In this document: positions 47,731 through 57,739 of the stretch, one piece after another
How the letters are laid out: every line of letters starts with the position of its first letter
Position numbering within the stretch: position 1 is the first letter of the stretch
Source of the DNA: a virus
Lineage: Duplodnaviria > Caudoviricetes
Length of the DNA: 62,802 nucleotides
Direction: 5' to 3' (one strand)
IMG/VR virus record: IMGVR_UViG_3300034520_000265
Coordinates: 1-62,802 of that record
Notes under the pieces: model-generated
What the model was told of the DNA's origin: nothing
What the model saw: only the letters and a program-made list of their open reading frames with translations
Database searches by the model: none
Made by a program: the position numbers and the translations under genes

Positions 47731-49260
47731 TTAAAAGACTTTATTCTCTTTCGTTTGACTTGAAGCTACTTTAACTGTTACAATTGAGTCGTTCAATTGC
47801 TTTAATTGTTCAGATAAACTGTTCTTCACTAAAATTGTATCATTTATTTGCTCTTTAATGTGTTGAAATTTTTCCCATTTTTCTTTTGCTTCTTCTTGTT
47901 CTTTTTGAACTTGATCCCAATATTCCTTTTCACGCTTAGATAAGTTATTTATAACATTGTCAATTTCTTCAGAGGATTCAATTGCAGAACTCACACCAGC
48001 TTCTATTTTCTCCGCTGTCTCTTTATATAGATCAAATACAAGAGTACTTATATTAGCTTCTATGGACGTAAACATATCATATTTTGATTGCATAGCTCTT
48101 TTTTGTTGTACGTCTTTTATTGTGCTTAAAATATTGTCTATGTATTTATCTGGTGCTTTATATATTTCAAGGCTATTAGCTAAATAAAACTCATCAACTT
48201 GCGGATTATCAGGATTATCTAATCCCCATAAAATTGTATTATCAAACCAAGAAAGCATTTCACGAAGAATACCCTCCGCAAATAAGCGAACATACATTAA
48301 CTTCTTCATATTATCTTTATCTAATGCGCCTATTATTCGATCTGCTTCCGTTGAATAATATTCCTTCTTAATCTTTTCAATTACCGCATCACTTACTCTG
48401 TTCTTTTTTATAGAAGGACTTGTGTTTATACCATTCCAGTTTAATGTAAGATATGTTCCTGTATCTATTATTTCTTTATATATACTGTATTGCCATATTT
48501 TACTTAAATTACCAGAGGGTAATCCAATTGATACAGCTGAGTTGTAATCGTTAAATATTTCATAATCTATTTTTATTTTTAAGCCCATACCGTATATATT
48601 GTAATCACTACCTGAATATATTAAATTTGGAGAATAGCCGTGCTTCTTATTCCAATAAAACACACTTTGAAAACCATCGGCAATTTCAGTTAAGCCTATC
48701 TTTAGTTTGTGGTTTTTAGTTATAAACTGAAGTGTAATAGGTATAGTAATTGAATCAAATTCATTTATAGTTTGAATAAACAATTTAAATAATCCTGCAG
48801 CAATTGGATTAAGTGATTCATACCCGTTGTATGCATATTTAGTAAAATTACCAAATGAACCGTTATGTATTGCAATTGCTAATGCTTTATCTACATTATC
48901 AACTGATATACGACTGCTTTTTCCGTTAATTGTTAAATATCTATGATGTTCACTTTCTCCTTTAAATTCAAGATAATCAGGACTATATATTCTAAAGGCA
49001 TAATATGGTATATTATCCTCAGTTGTTCCAAAAATATACGTATCAGAAAATAAAGGTATATTTGCTTTTAATTTCTCAAACACTTTTTGATATGATTTAT
49101 TAGGTTTATTATCTAATTCAGGAAACACAAAAACCCAAGGGGCGGCATGTGTACCGAAAAGAAAAGCAATAGCTGGTAAAGATACAATTGCATCAACTAC
49201 AGAACCAGGCATTGTATTAATAGAAACAGTAAAACCATTTACTGCTCCTGTTGTGTTCAA
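47731..49260 (-). CDS. Hypothetical protein, probable tail/baseplate-associated
   Basis: At least 509 aa; frame stays open to 49347; downstream of the tape measure gene. Confidence 0.5.
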   Translation of the reverse strand: MNTTGAVNGFTVSINTMPGSVVDAIVSLPAIAFLFGTHAAPWVFVFPELDNKPNKSYQKVFEKLKANIPLFSDTYIFGTTEDNIPYYAFRIYSPDYLEFKGESEHHRYLTINGKSSRISVDNVDKALAIAIHNGSFGNFTKYAYNGYESLNPIAAGLFKLFIQTINEFDSITIPITLQFITKNHKLKIGLTEIADGFQSVFYWNKKHGYSPNLIYSGSDYNIYGMGLKIKIDYEIFNDYNSAVSIGLPSGNLSKIWQYSIYKEIIDTGTYLTLNWNGINTSPSIKKNRVSDAVIEKIKKEYYSTEADRIIGALDKDNMKKLMYVRLFAEGILREMLSWFDNTILWGLDNPDNPQVDEFYLANSLEIYKAPDKYIDNILSTIKDVQQKRAMQSKYDMFTSIEANISTLVFDLYKETAEKIEAGVSSAIESSEEIDNVINNLSKREKEYWDQVQKEQEEAKEKWEKFQHIKEQINDTILVKNSLSEQLKQLNDSIVTVKVASSQTKENKVF

Positions 49261-49350
49261 ATCTTTATTTGCTTGATAGAACCATATTATTTCAATTAAT
49301 TCTTCGAATTCAGGTAAGAAAAGTCCACTGTATATAATAATCTCACCTCA

Positions 49351-50061
49351 TCAGAAAAGTTTTGTATCAGAAATAATTACCGCATCAATTAAACCGGATA
49401 AATATTTTTGCAAATAATCCCTATATTGCTCTGCTGTAAGTAATCTAAAATTGCGAATTGTAGTTCTAAGGATATCTATTACTTCTTCATCTGATAAATT
49501 TCCCAAAGATAATGCCGTTGGTACTTGGTTGATTTTTATAGTCGCATTTGCACTTAAGAGAATCGTATTTTCATCTGTATTAGTTGAATATAGTTTATAT
49601 TCTCCAATTTGAATTTCAGAAGGGGCATGTGCAATTGCAGATGTATAACTCAATTCAGGTACTACTACTTCGTCATATTCATTTTTGTGAATAAAGAAAG
49701 GAGAAACATTAAAAACCAAACCGTTAATTGAAAAATAAACATTTCTAAACGGATGAGTGTAATTGACAATTAACGGTTCAGAATTAGATAAAACCAATTC
49801 CCCTGAACCTGTATATACTATATTTTGTTCGTTGCTAAATCCTAATATTTGTAGCAATAATCTTTCTAAATGCCCGGTTTGTGGATTATATAATGAACCC
49901 CATAACCCTTTTTGAGCTTCTATTATTGGGAGAATTATATTAGTATAATGAGCTGTATAAATTGAAGAAAGAAGCTCTGTGATTTCTATTAATGCTTTAT
50001 CAGATACATTATTTCTAATTAATATTTCTTGTAATGCATTTTTAAATTCTGCAGGTGTCAT
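49351..50061 (-). CDS. Hypothetical protein downstream of tape measure
   Basis: 236 aa, GGAGGG RBS. Confidence 0.5.
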   Translation of the reverse strand: MTPAEFKNALQEILIRNNVSDKALIEITELLSSIYTAHYTNIILPIIEAQKGLWGSLYNPQTGHLERLLLQILGFSNEQNIVYTGSGELVLSNSEPLIVNYTHPFRNVYFSINGLVFNVSPFFIHKNEYDEVVVPELSYTSAIAHAPSEIQIGEYKLYSTNTDENTILLSANATIKINQVPTALSLGNLSDEEVIDILRTTIRNFRLLTAEQYRDYLQKYLSGLIDAVIISDTKLF

Positions 50062-50073
50062 ATATGTCCCTCC

Positions 50074-53000
50074 TTAGAATACCGTGATAATAACAATATT
50101 TGAATTAGTTCCTGCTATTGCTGATTTAAGCTGTTGTGCTTTCTGTTGATTAATACCACTCAATTTTTGTAAAAAGGTTTCAAATGAGTTATTTAAGTCT
50201 CTAAAGAATTGTTCTGATTTCAATGCAACTTCAACTGTTGTGTTTTGCGTTTGAGAACTCAATGAAGGAATAGCAAGTGTCCCTGTTTCTATGCTTGTTT
50301 GGATAGCTGGACCATATTTTTCTGATAAATAATTAATACCAGCCATAATCCCTTCTTTTGTACTTAAATCAAATCTATTTGCTACTCCTTCTTTTTGTAA
50401 TACTTTTGCAAGATCTGATCTTAATGATTGACTTAATTTAGGATTTTTTGAAATTATATTTAAAATTTGTTCAGTTATCTCAGATTTTTCAGGACCATAA
50501 GTAATAGCCATTGTCATAAATTCTCTTAAACGCTGTTCATCGTCATATGCCTTAGCAGTCCTAAGTATATTTTGGTCTGTTAATGGTATTTCTTCATTAT
50601 AAATTGCGTTCCATTGATAAATACCATAATCAGTAAAAGAACTTGTACCGAACAATTGTTTAGTAATTTGTTTGAATGATTTTCTTGTTCTAGTGTGAGA
50701 TACATTTAATGGTATTGTGCTGCCTTGAATAGCATTATAAACACTTTGTCTTGTTTCTTGAGCTGTTTTATATGTTTGTGCCCCTCTGTATACTATCCCC
50801 ATTTGCTTCATTTCATTTAATGCAGCTGGAATTAATCGTTGAGCGTCGGCTAAATTACCACGTTGTAATGCAATTAATAATTGATTGAAATTAGCAAATT
50901 TATTTGCTATCTCAGGATTTTGCATTAAAAGATAACCATATGTAAGAAATTGTCTGAATTCTTCCTCGCTTGCAAAAATATTACCGTTACCGATAAAATC
51001 TCTTTTGAGTTTATCAAACTCCTTGCTTTTTGAAAGCTGTGTATATAATTCTGTACCGTACCTTCTTAAATTACCAATTCCTATTTCGCGACCTTTATAT
51101 TGAACTACTTCACCAGAAATATTTGTTGGTAAATGCTTAATTATATCTTCAGCTTCACTTAAATTACTTAACTTTAGAACATCTTTTATATCTCCTAGAG
51201 CATTAGAAGAGACCTTACCTAAGTACTTATTTAATTTATCAATATCTGTATTAGTAAACTTACCACTGGTTACTTTTCCTATTACTGAGCCAATAAAAGG
51301 TTGATAAATTGCATTTCGCCCAACCAAGTATCTCGTAAGCTGTTCGTAGTTTGTTTCTATTTCCTCGGTTGGATTGTAATATTCTTTAAATACCGCTTTT
51401 GGAGTTAAAGCTAATTGTCCCATTACCTGTCCTGCACGTTCACCAAAGCGGTTTGTAATAATTTCTTGTGCTCTTGCTCTTGCTTCTTCATCTTCTGTAA
51501 GAAATGCTCTTGAAACATACATTCTTTCGTTATAAGTTAATTGATTTAGAATACTTGTACCAACATCTACTGCACTCGTTTCTTTTGTGATTGGTGTGTA
51601 CCTTAATCTTTCTGTTTCGTTAACTAAGCGGTTGTATTCAGCTTGAGAAATGCCTAATAAGTCCATATTATCTTTAATTAATTTTAATGCATCATCAAAC
51701 TGACCTACACTAAATAATTCTTTTGCTTTAGCGATAACATTAGAAATTCTTTCTGCTTGTTCAGCGTTTCCTTGCTCTAGTAATTTATTGGCTTTTTCTA
51801 TAGATGTACTAAATACATTAAACCAATCTGGTGCTTGTTCTTGAGTTATATTAATTGTTGGACCTAGTCCTAATTCTGCTTTTTTACGAGCTAACCATTT
51901 AGCTGGATTTTGTGCAAATGTCTTATCTCTTAGCGCTTCAGAAAGAATGATTTTTTGACCATATGAAGATAATTGCCTGTATTCAGGAAGATTATATAAT
52001 TGTTGCAATGCCTGATTGGCTGTTATATTAGCTTCTTGTACTTGCTGTACTGCTTGCTGCCCTAAATATTGTGTTGCATATCTTTCTCTTTCTGTTTGAC
52101 TCATTTGATTCCATTGTTCTGCAGTTATTGTTTTGCCGTTTATATTTATTTGTCCCGCTTTCTTTATCTCATCATTTATTTTGTTTAACATTTGATTGAG
52201 TTCAGATGGTTTTATACCTAATATAGATTTACCTAATAATTCATTTAAAATAGCTCTTAATTCATCTGGTGTAAGGGACTTTTCCTTTAATACGGTTAAT
52301 TGTTCTTTAGCACCGGTAATTACTTCTGGTGCAATTAATTTATATGCTTCGTTACCTAATGCAAGTCTTGACAAGGCAGAAACATTAGTTTCTAAGGTAG
52401 GAGTAATTTCTCTACCGCTACTTAATGCCTGAATAAGTGATTCATATTTTAATGTACTCGGTTGAGTTAACTGTTCAAAGATATCTATAGCTTGATTCTT
52501 TAATGGTTCTAATGAATATTGATAATTCTTTCTAAATGTTAATCTATCAATAAACGAGGCATATTCTCTTTGTATATTTGTCCCTATACCAGTAAAGAAT
52601 CTCGGGATACTTGTAAAGAATGATTTTAAATTATCCCACATTGAATACAATCGTCTATTTAATGATTGTTCATATTCACTAAGATAATCTAATTTAAATG
52701 CGCCACGCTGTACAACTTCTGGATTTTGCGCATTATATTGGAAAATATCAACTAAACGTGTTGCTATATTTTCAGGTAATCTATATTTATCTATTAAAAT
52801 ATCTCTCATTACTTCTTGTTCACTTAATTGTGGAGAAGTTAATTTATATTGTCTGAATTCAGGACTTGAGCGTAAATTAGAATAAATCATTCCCATTAGT
52901 GTTTCAGGGTGTTCAATAAAGGTTGATTCTAATAATCTTCTTCTTGCAGATGGGCTTGTAAAAAGCCATGTAGCTCCCGATTGTTGAATCTTCTGTGTTG

Positions 53001-54240
53001 CTATACTCATAATTTGCTCTGCAGGAATTTCACCTGATGTAATTCTCCTTAACATTTCATAATCAGGAGTTGCAGTTAATCTACCATTTTGTATTTGTGG
53101 ATTAACTGCTGCAAGCATCATATAATTAAATTGCTGATTTTCTAAACTACCACCAATTAATGTTTCTAATGCAGATAAAATTTCCTCTTCGTAATTACCT
53201 GTAAGTTGTCTATACTGAGTTGGATTAATTGTTTTTATTGCACTTAAGAATCGTGGTACAGTTTGTGCTATCTTTAATGCACTTTCTCCTGTATATCCAA
53301 TGTTATACAACTGCTGTGCAGTTGAAACAATTCTTTCCGTTAATGCTCCTTCATTCATTCTAAGTGCAGCTGAATAAGTTCTAATATTAAATGCGGTTCT
53401 TGATGCGAGTTCCGGTGCATTTTTAATTCCCATTCTACTAAATGTTTCCATGAATTTAACAGCATCTTCGTATGATACTTTTAGTGCATCAGATATTTCT
53501 CTGACGTTTTTAACTAATTTAGACATATTTTCTTTAAATTCTTCAGCTGTTCTAACTCCTCTCATAAGAGAAGTAGAAACCAATTGTTTACTAAGTTCTC
53601 TAACTTCTTTTTCTGTAAATGAGAATGTTTCATATGAAACTTCTTTCATTGCACGTCTTAATTTAACTGCATCTTCTAATCCTAAGCTTTTATATCCTAT
53701 TCTTTCTTCAGATGAGAACAGTGTTTGGAACATAGGTGCAATTTCATCACTTAATAATTTTTCTGGTGTAGGAGTAAGTGCATAGCCCAAGATACCACCA
53801 ATAAGACTTCCTACAGGTCCCAAAAATGCACCGCCTACAGCACCACCAAGCCAACCACCCATCATTTTAGGTAGTTCAGAATACAAAGCAACTTGCCTCA
53901 TTCTTTCTTTTGTTTCAATTGGTGTTAAATAAGCTGCAGGTGGTGTCTGCCCTATCATTTGTAAAACACTTATATTATAAGGTGTTGTTCTGGTTTGCCA
54001 AAATACAGGAGAACTCGGGGTATATAAAGGTCCGCCAAATGTAGTTGGTGTTAATGGTATGTATTGATTTGATGCAAATGATGTATACGGCAACGCTTGA
54101 TTAAAAAACATCATTGGCTTGGGTATTGCTGTAGTCATTTGCACCTTACTTAAGTTCGTATTTAATTGTGATAGCTGTGATAATAACTGTGAATTAATTA
54201 AATTTTGTGTTGGTTGATTAATTTGTGCATTTTCGGGCAA
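50074..54240 (-). CDS. Tail tape measure protein
   Basis: 1388 aa, helical, Gly-zipper GGWLGGAVGGAFLGPVGSLIGG; directly after the frameshifted chaperone pair. Confidence 0.85.
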   Translation of the reverse strand: MPENAQINQPTQNLINSQLLSQLSQLNTNLSKVQMTTAIPKPMMFFNQALPYTSFASNQYIPLTPTTFGGPLYTPSSPVFWQTRTTPYNISVLQMIGQTPPAAYLTPIETKERMRQVALYSELPKMMGGWLGGAVGGAFLGPVGSLIGGILGYALTPTPEKLLSDEIAPMFQTLFSSEERIGYKSLGLEDAVKLRRAMKEVSYETFSFTEKEVRELSKQLVSTSLMRGVRTAEEFKENMSKLVKNVREISDALKVSYEDAVKFMETFSRMGIKNAPELASRTAFNIRTYSAALRMNEGALTERIVSTAQQLYNIGYTGESALKIAQTVPRFLSAIKTINPTQYRQLTGNYEEEILSALETLIGGSLENQQFNYMMLAAVNPQIQNGRLTATPDYEMLRRITSGEIPAEQIMSIATQKIQQSGATWLFTSPSARRRLLESTFIEHPETLMGMIYSNLRSSPEFRQYKLTSPQLSEQEVMRDILIDKYRLPENIATRLVDIFQYNAQNPEVVQRGAFKLDYLSEYEQSLNRRLYSMWDNLKSFFTSIPRFFTGIGTNIQREYASFIDRLTFRKNYQYSLEPLKNQAIDIFEQLTQPSTLKYESLIQALSSGREITPTLETNVSALSRLALGNEAYKLIAPEVITGAKEQLTVLKEKSLTPDELRAILNELLGKSILGIKPSELNQMLNKINDEIKKAGQININGKTITAEQWNQMSQTERERYATQYLGQQAVQQVQEANITANQALQQLYNLPEYRQLSSYGQKIILSEALRDKTFAQNPAKWLARKKAELGLGPTINITQEQAPDWFNVFSTSIEKANKLLEQGNAEQAERISNVIAKAKELFSVGQFDDALKLIKDNMDLLGISQAEYNRLVNETERLRYTPITKETSAVDVGTSILNQLTYNERMYVSRAFLTEDEEARARAQEIITNRFGERAGQVMGQLALTPKAVFKEYYNPTEEIETNYEQLTRYLVGRNAIYQPFIGSVIGKVTSGKFTNTDIDKLNKYLGKVSSNALGDIKDVLKLSNLSEAEDIIKHLPTNISGEVVQYKGREIGIGNLRRYGTELYTQLSKSKEFDKLKRDFIGNGNIFASEEEFRQFLTYGYLLMQNPEIANKFANFNQLLIALQRGNLADAQRLIPAALNEMKQMGIVYRGAQTYKTAQETRQSVYNAIQGSTIPLNVSHTRTRKSFKQITKQLFGTSSFTDYGIYQWNAIYNEEIPLTDQNILRTAKAYDDEQRLREFMTMAITYGPEKSEITEQILNIISKNPKLSQSLRSDLAKVLQKEGVANRFDLSTKEGIMAGINYLSEKYGPAIQTSIETGTLAIPSLSSQTQNTTVEVALKSEQFFRDLNNSFETFLQKLSGINQQKAQQLKSAIAGTNSNIVIITVF

Positions 54241-54244
54241 TTAA

Positions 54245-54560
54245 TTATCCCCCTTTATCATCTTCAATACCCAACATTTTTTTGGCTTTTTCAATGAATT
54301 CATCTAGTCGCGATTTCTTTTGATGAACCATTTCTGGAAATAATAGTTCTGTATATCTATCAAGATGCTTTTTAAGATCCTCGCTTCTTGCAAGAGCAAG
54401 TAAATTTAGTATCGTTTCTTGAAATCTTATTTGTCTATTATATGAATCTTCCAACATAACAAATTTTGCTATCCATGGATTGGATATATATTCTTCATGT
54501 AATTTAGAACCAAGAGATTTAATATATCCTCGAATCCATGGATCACTTATGAGTTTTTTT
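54245..54560 (-). CDS. Tail assembly chaperone gpT-like segment (reached by -1 frameshift)
   Basis: The -1 frame is open from the A7 run: ..EKKLISDPWIRGYIKSLGSKLHEEYISNPWIAKFV-MLEDSYNRQ.., joining the 54245..54457 ORF, which has no RBS of its own. Confidence 0.75.
54471..54559 (-). promoter_or_regulatory. -1 programmed ribosomal frameshift signal (slippery heptamer plus hairpin)
   Basis: A AAA AAC at 54559-54553, 9-nt spacer, then stem AUCCAUGGAUU-(CGA)-GGAUAUAU pairing with AUAUAUCC-AAUCCAUGGAU. Confidence 0.75.
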
Positions 54561-55044
54561 CTACGTCCTCATTTCCTTGCAATGCTTTCTTTATCTCTTC
54601 TTGCGATGCATTTAATTGTGCTATTATTTCATCTAATACAACACTTGGTATTTCTAAAATAACCATTAGACGTGGCTCAATGTATTTTTCATAAATATTA
54701 TTTACATATTCTTTTAATTCTTCAGAAGTACCAAATCCCATTGAATATTTAACTATATCTTTATAAATATCAGATGTTAATTCAGGTTTTAATGGTTCGC
54801 CATCTATACTAACTAATCCTACTGCTAATTTAAGTAATGAATCTAAAGTTAAGAACATCTGATTACTTATCATTCTTTGCGCAATAATTTGCTCTTGTAA
54901 TGTGTTAATTAAAAAAATCTCTTTGGTAGTTAATGTTTTATACTCTACTGTTTTACCACCTACGTTAGCTTTTAAAATAGTATATCCATTTACAATAAAG
55001 TCTCTTAACTGTTTTTGAGAAAATGTTAATTTTTCCTCTGCCAT
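54547..55044 (-). CDS. Tail assembly chaperone (gpG-like)
   Basis: VEYKTLTTKE...LAVGLVSIDG pattern; ends GAA AAA AAC TCA TAA; upstream of the tape measure gene. Confidence 0.8.
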   Translation of the reverse strand: MAEEKLTFSQKQLRDFIVNGYTILKANVGGKTVEYKTLTTKEIFLINTLQEQIIAQRMISNQMFLTLDSLLKLAVGLVSIDGEPLKPELTSDIYKDIVKYSMGFGTSEELKEYVNNIYEKYIEPRLMVILEIPSVVLDEIIAQLNASQEEIKKALQGNEDVEKNS

Positions 55045-55081
55045 ATTCTACCTCCTCCTCCATTATCATAAGTTCACTACA

Positions 55082-55110
55082 ATTATATCTATTGAATAGT
55101 TTAATGTCGA
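55082..55110 (-). promoter_or_regulatory. Putative late promoter TCGACA-N17-TATAAT
   Basis: Just after a terminator and upstream of the chaperone/tape measure operon. Confidence 0.6.
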
Positions 55111-55114
55111 TTCA

Positions 55115-55144
55115 AAATAAAAGCCCCCGCATTATGCGGAGGCT
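55115..55144 (-). terminator. Intrinsic terminator
   Basis: Minus strand AGCCTCCGCAT-A-ATGCGGGGGCT-TTTATTTT. Confidence 0.75.
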
Positions 55145-55176
55145 GCGCTGGTCAAATACAAACATATTCAGTTGTG

Positions 55177-55467
55177 TTACTTCATCTGTTCAAGTATTGC
55201 AGATACAATATCGTTTACAGAATAGTCATTATCATCATCGTACAAGAATGCACCGTTTTCAATTTGATGTGCAACTTTTTCTGTTGCAAAAGCATAAGCT
55301 TCATCAACAAGTGCTGGAAGGAACTCTTCAATAATCTCTGCAGCTGTTTTTTCAATTTCATATTGAATAAGTTCCTCTGCTATCTTTTCTTCAGCAAGTT
55401 TTTGAAGCTCTGCTACTTTGTCCATAGAACTATAACCGTTTTGTGCAAGAATTTCTCTCATAGTCAT
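55177..55467 (-). CDS. Acidic KxA-rich small protein
   Basis: Five of its six lysines are in K-x-A (KVA, KLA, KIA, KTA, KVA). Confidence 0.6.
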   Translation of the reverse strand: MTMREILAQNGYSSMDKVAELQKLAEEKIAEELIQYEIEKTAAEIIEEFLPALVDEAYAFATEKVAHQIENGAFLYDDDNDYSVNDIVSAILEQMK

Positions 55468-55814
55468 ACGTTTTCACTCCTTTCGTTTGATAAAATCTTC
55501 TCTCTTATTTTATTAGCTTTAATAGCGATATCATCTGCAATTGTTTCAATTTCTGGTGAATCAGGTTCCGCTTTAATTAACTCAACTAAGAATATAATTG
55601 CTTCTGCCGATAACAGATTAGAGAGATCATTTGCTTTAGTACCAAATATCTTTGCAAATAAATAATTGTATAACCACTTAGCTGTTTTTTCCTTGTTCCA
55701 TTTACCTAACAACTTAATTATAAAAGGCAAGACTACTAATGTTGAAATAACACCGAGTATAGCCATAAGAAGGTTGTTTAATTCCATAATGTCACCTCCA
55801 GCAATTTTAACCAT
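55464..55814 (-). CDS. Single-TM membrane protein, possible holin
   Basis: LLMAILGVISTLVVLPFIIKLLGKWNKEK N-terminal TM plus basic flank; likely start MELNN. Confidence 0.45.
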   Translation of the reverse strand: MVKIAGGDIMELNNLLMAILGVISTLVVLPFIIKLLGKWNKEKTAKWLYNYLFAKIFGTKANDLSNLLSAEAIIFLVELIKAEPDSPEIETIADDIAIKANKIREKILSNERSENV

Positions 55815-56037
55815 TTTTATCTAAGATATACCATACAGCTACAAGATAATTACCTATTTTATCAAATTGTGTTTCTATTTTTGTAATTTGTACTTTTGAT
55901 GAATTTATTAATTTTTCTAGTTCTTCTGCTTCTGTATCGTCATCTTCAGGCGAAAGTCTGAATACCCTAACTTTTTTTATTCTCAAATCATCTGTAAGAT
56001 TTCCTGATGTTTCTGGATCAATGTATTTTCCGCCCAT
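55807..56037 (-). CDS. Small hypothetical protein
   Basis: 76 aa, AGGAGGTG RBS. Confidence 0.55.
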   Translation of the reverse strand: MGGKYIDPETSGNLTDDLRIKKVRVFRLSPEDDDTEAEELEKLINSSKVQITKIETQFDKIGNYLVAVWYILDKNG

Positions 56038-56048
56038 GTTCGCACCTC

Positions 56049-57734
56049 CTAAATTCCACTTTTTGCACTTCTTGGTGGTTTCTGTTCAGGTAATTGCTGT
56101 GGTTCTATCATTTGATCTGGTTGTTGTTGTACCTGCTGCATGTTCATCGGTGGTGTTATTTGCATCATTCCTATTTGATTTGTTAATGGTCCCAAACCCA
56201 TGTTTTCTTGTACTATATTCAACTCTTGATTTGGCATTGAAGCTGCTTGTGCTTCTGCTTGTGCCTTAGCTTGTGCTATTATTTGCTCTTTCTGAATTTC
56301 ACTGTTGTTCTTTGCTTCTTGTTTAATTTGTTCTATTTCTCTATCATAATCAAGTTCAAATTCTTTTAATAATGTTTTCATTGATATAGCAGACATTTGT
56401 GCTAAGTTTAACATCATTTGTTTTCTTTGTAGATCATCAGCCATTTTGAATGATCTTAATTTAACTTTTACCTTAGGAATATTCAAAATCAGAGATATCT
56501 TTTGAACTATTCTTTCAAGCAATTCTTCTAAACGCTCTCTGTAATTTAAGAAGTGATTTTCTAACATTCTTAATGATACAGAACTACCACTCCAAGTTAA
56601 ACCACCTTTTATAAATTCTTGTGGAACTTGTAGAGATTGAATTATTTGTGTATTTGCAAAATCTAATTCACCAAACATATTTAATGTTTTGCCTTCTCCT
56701 GATAATGTACCAACTTGAAGTGGCACAGGGAATATTTGTACGTTATTTGGATTAAGTTTCCATGCAGTTAATGCTTCAGTTACCTTTTGTCGCCATTGCC
56801 TTATATCAAAAGCCATAGGTGACCCTTCTGTTAATAATTCAGTTGGTGGGAATACAAATCTATATGGTATCATTCTTTCTCTTAAAATAGTATCTTGTGT
56901 TTTTTGTAAAAGTAAATAATGATGAGCATCTAAGAATGTATGAATTAACCAAGGTAATCCCCAACCTTTAAATAATCCAGATGGAGATACTCTTTGGAAG
57001 ATAATTACATTTGATTTATTCAATTTAACTGAACGTGAACCTTTCATTATTGCTGTTAAAATAGGTTCAGGCGTTGTTTCAAGTAAGAACGGATCTTTTT
57101 TTACTCTGGATATAAAATTCTTGTTTATTGCTACATAATATTCTGCTTGATCTGCATATTCATTGTAATTTATCTCTATATCATGTGGATTCCAGATTTG
57201 CAAGCGGAAATTAGTATTTTTTAAACTAATATCCTTAATTTCAAGTGGTTCACTTATATTATCTTCTCTAATCCACAGTTCATTCCCTTCAAATGACCAA
57301 TTTGGACCTCTATTAGTAATTTGTAATTTATATTCTTTACCCGTTCTTTTCCCTATAAACTTTCTTTCATAAGGTGTAACTACAGAAGCAAATGCATTTC
57401 CATATACAAAATAATCAAAACCAAGTTTGAACATACGCTTAGTTATTTCCATTTTATCAATTAAAATTTCGCGATATGTTTGTTCTAATTTTGGATCATT
57501 TGTTTCAATCATTATTTCAGTTAATGCATATTCAACGAGTTTTTCTATACCGGAAGCAATAGTACCATTTACTGCATACAAAAACTCAGAAAAATGGAAA
57601 ATATCTTTTATATTATTTGTTAATGTAGCGGTATCTAAATTAATAATTTTATTGATAAATTCCTTAACAGAATTTGTAGAAGGTAATTTATAAATAGTCA
57701 TTTCATAGTCTGAATAGAAGGGTGTTGTTGGCAT
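56049..57734 (-). CDS. Portal protein
   Basis: 561 aa; GFDYFVYGNAF, WGLPWL, IIQSLQVPQEFIKGG, ISMKTLL and Q-rich tail are portal-type motifs. Confidence 0.85.
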   Translation of the reverse strand: MPTTPFYSDYEMTIYKLPSTNSVKEFINKIINLDTATLTNNIKDIFHFSEFLYAVNGTIASGIEKLVEYALTEIMIETNDPKLEQTYREILIDKMEITKRMFKLGFDYFVYGNAFASVVTPYERKFIGKRTGKEYKLQITNRGPNWSFEGNELWIREDNISEPLEIKDISLKNTNFRLQIWNPHDIEINYNEYADQAEYYVAINKNFISRVKKDPFLLETTPEPILTAIMKGSRSVKLNKSNVIIFQRVSPSGLFKGWGLPWLIHTFLDAHHYLLLQKTQDTILRERMIPYRFVFPPTELLTEGSPMAFDIRQWRQKVTEALTAWKLNPNNVQIFPVPLQVGTLSGEGKTLNMFGELDFANTQIIQSLQVPQEFIKGGLTWSGSSVSLRMLENHFLNYRERLEELLERIVQKISLILNIPKVKVKLRSFKMADDLQRKQMMLNLAQMSAISMKTLLKEFELDYDREIEQIKQEAKNNSEIQKEQIIAQAKAQAEAQAASMPNQELNIVQENMGLGPLTNQIGMMQITPPMNMQQVQQQPDQMIEPQQLPEQKPPRSAKSGI

Positions 57735-57739
57735 TTATT

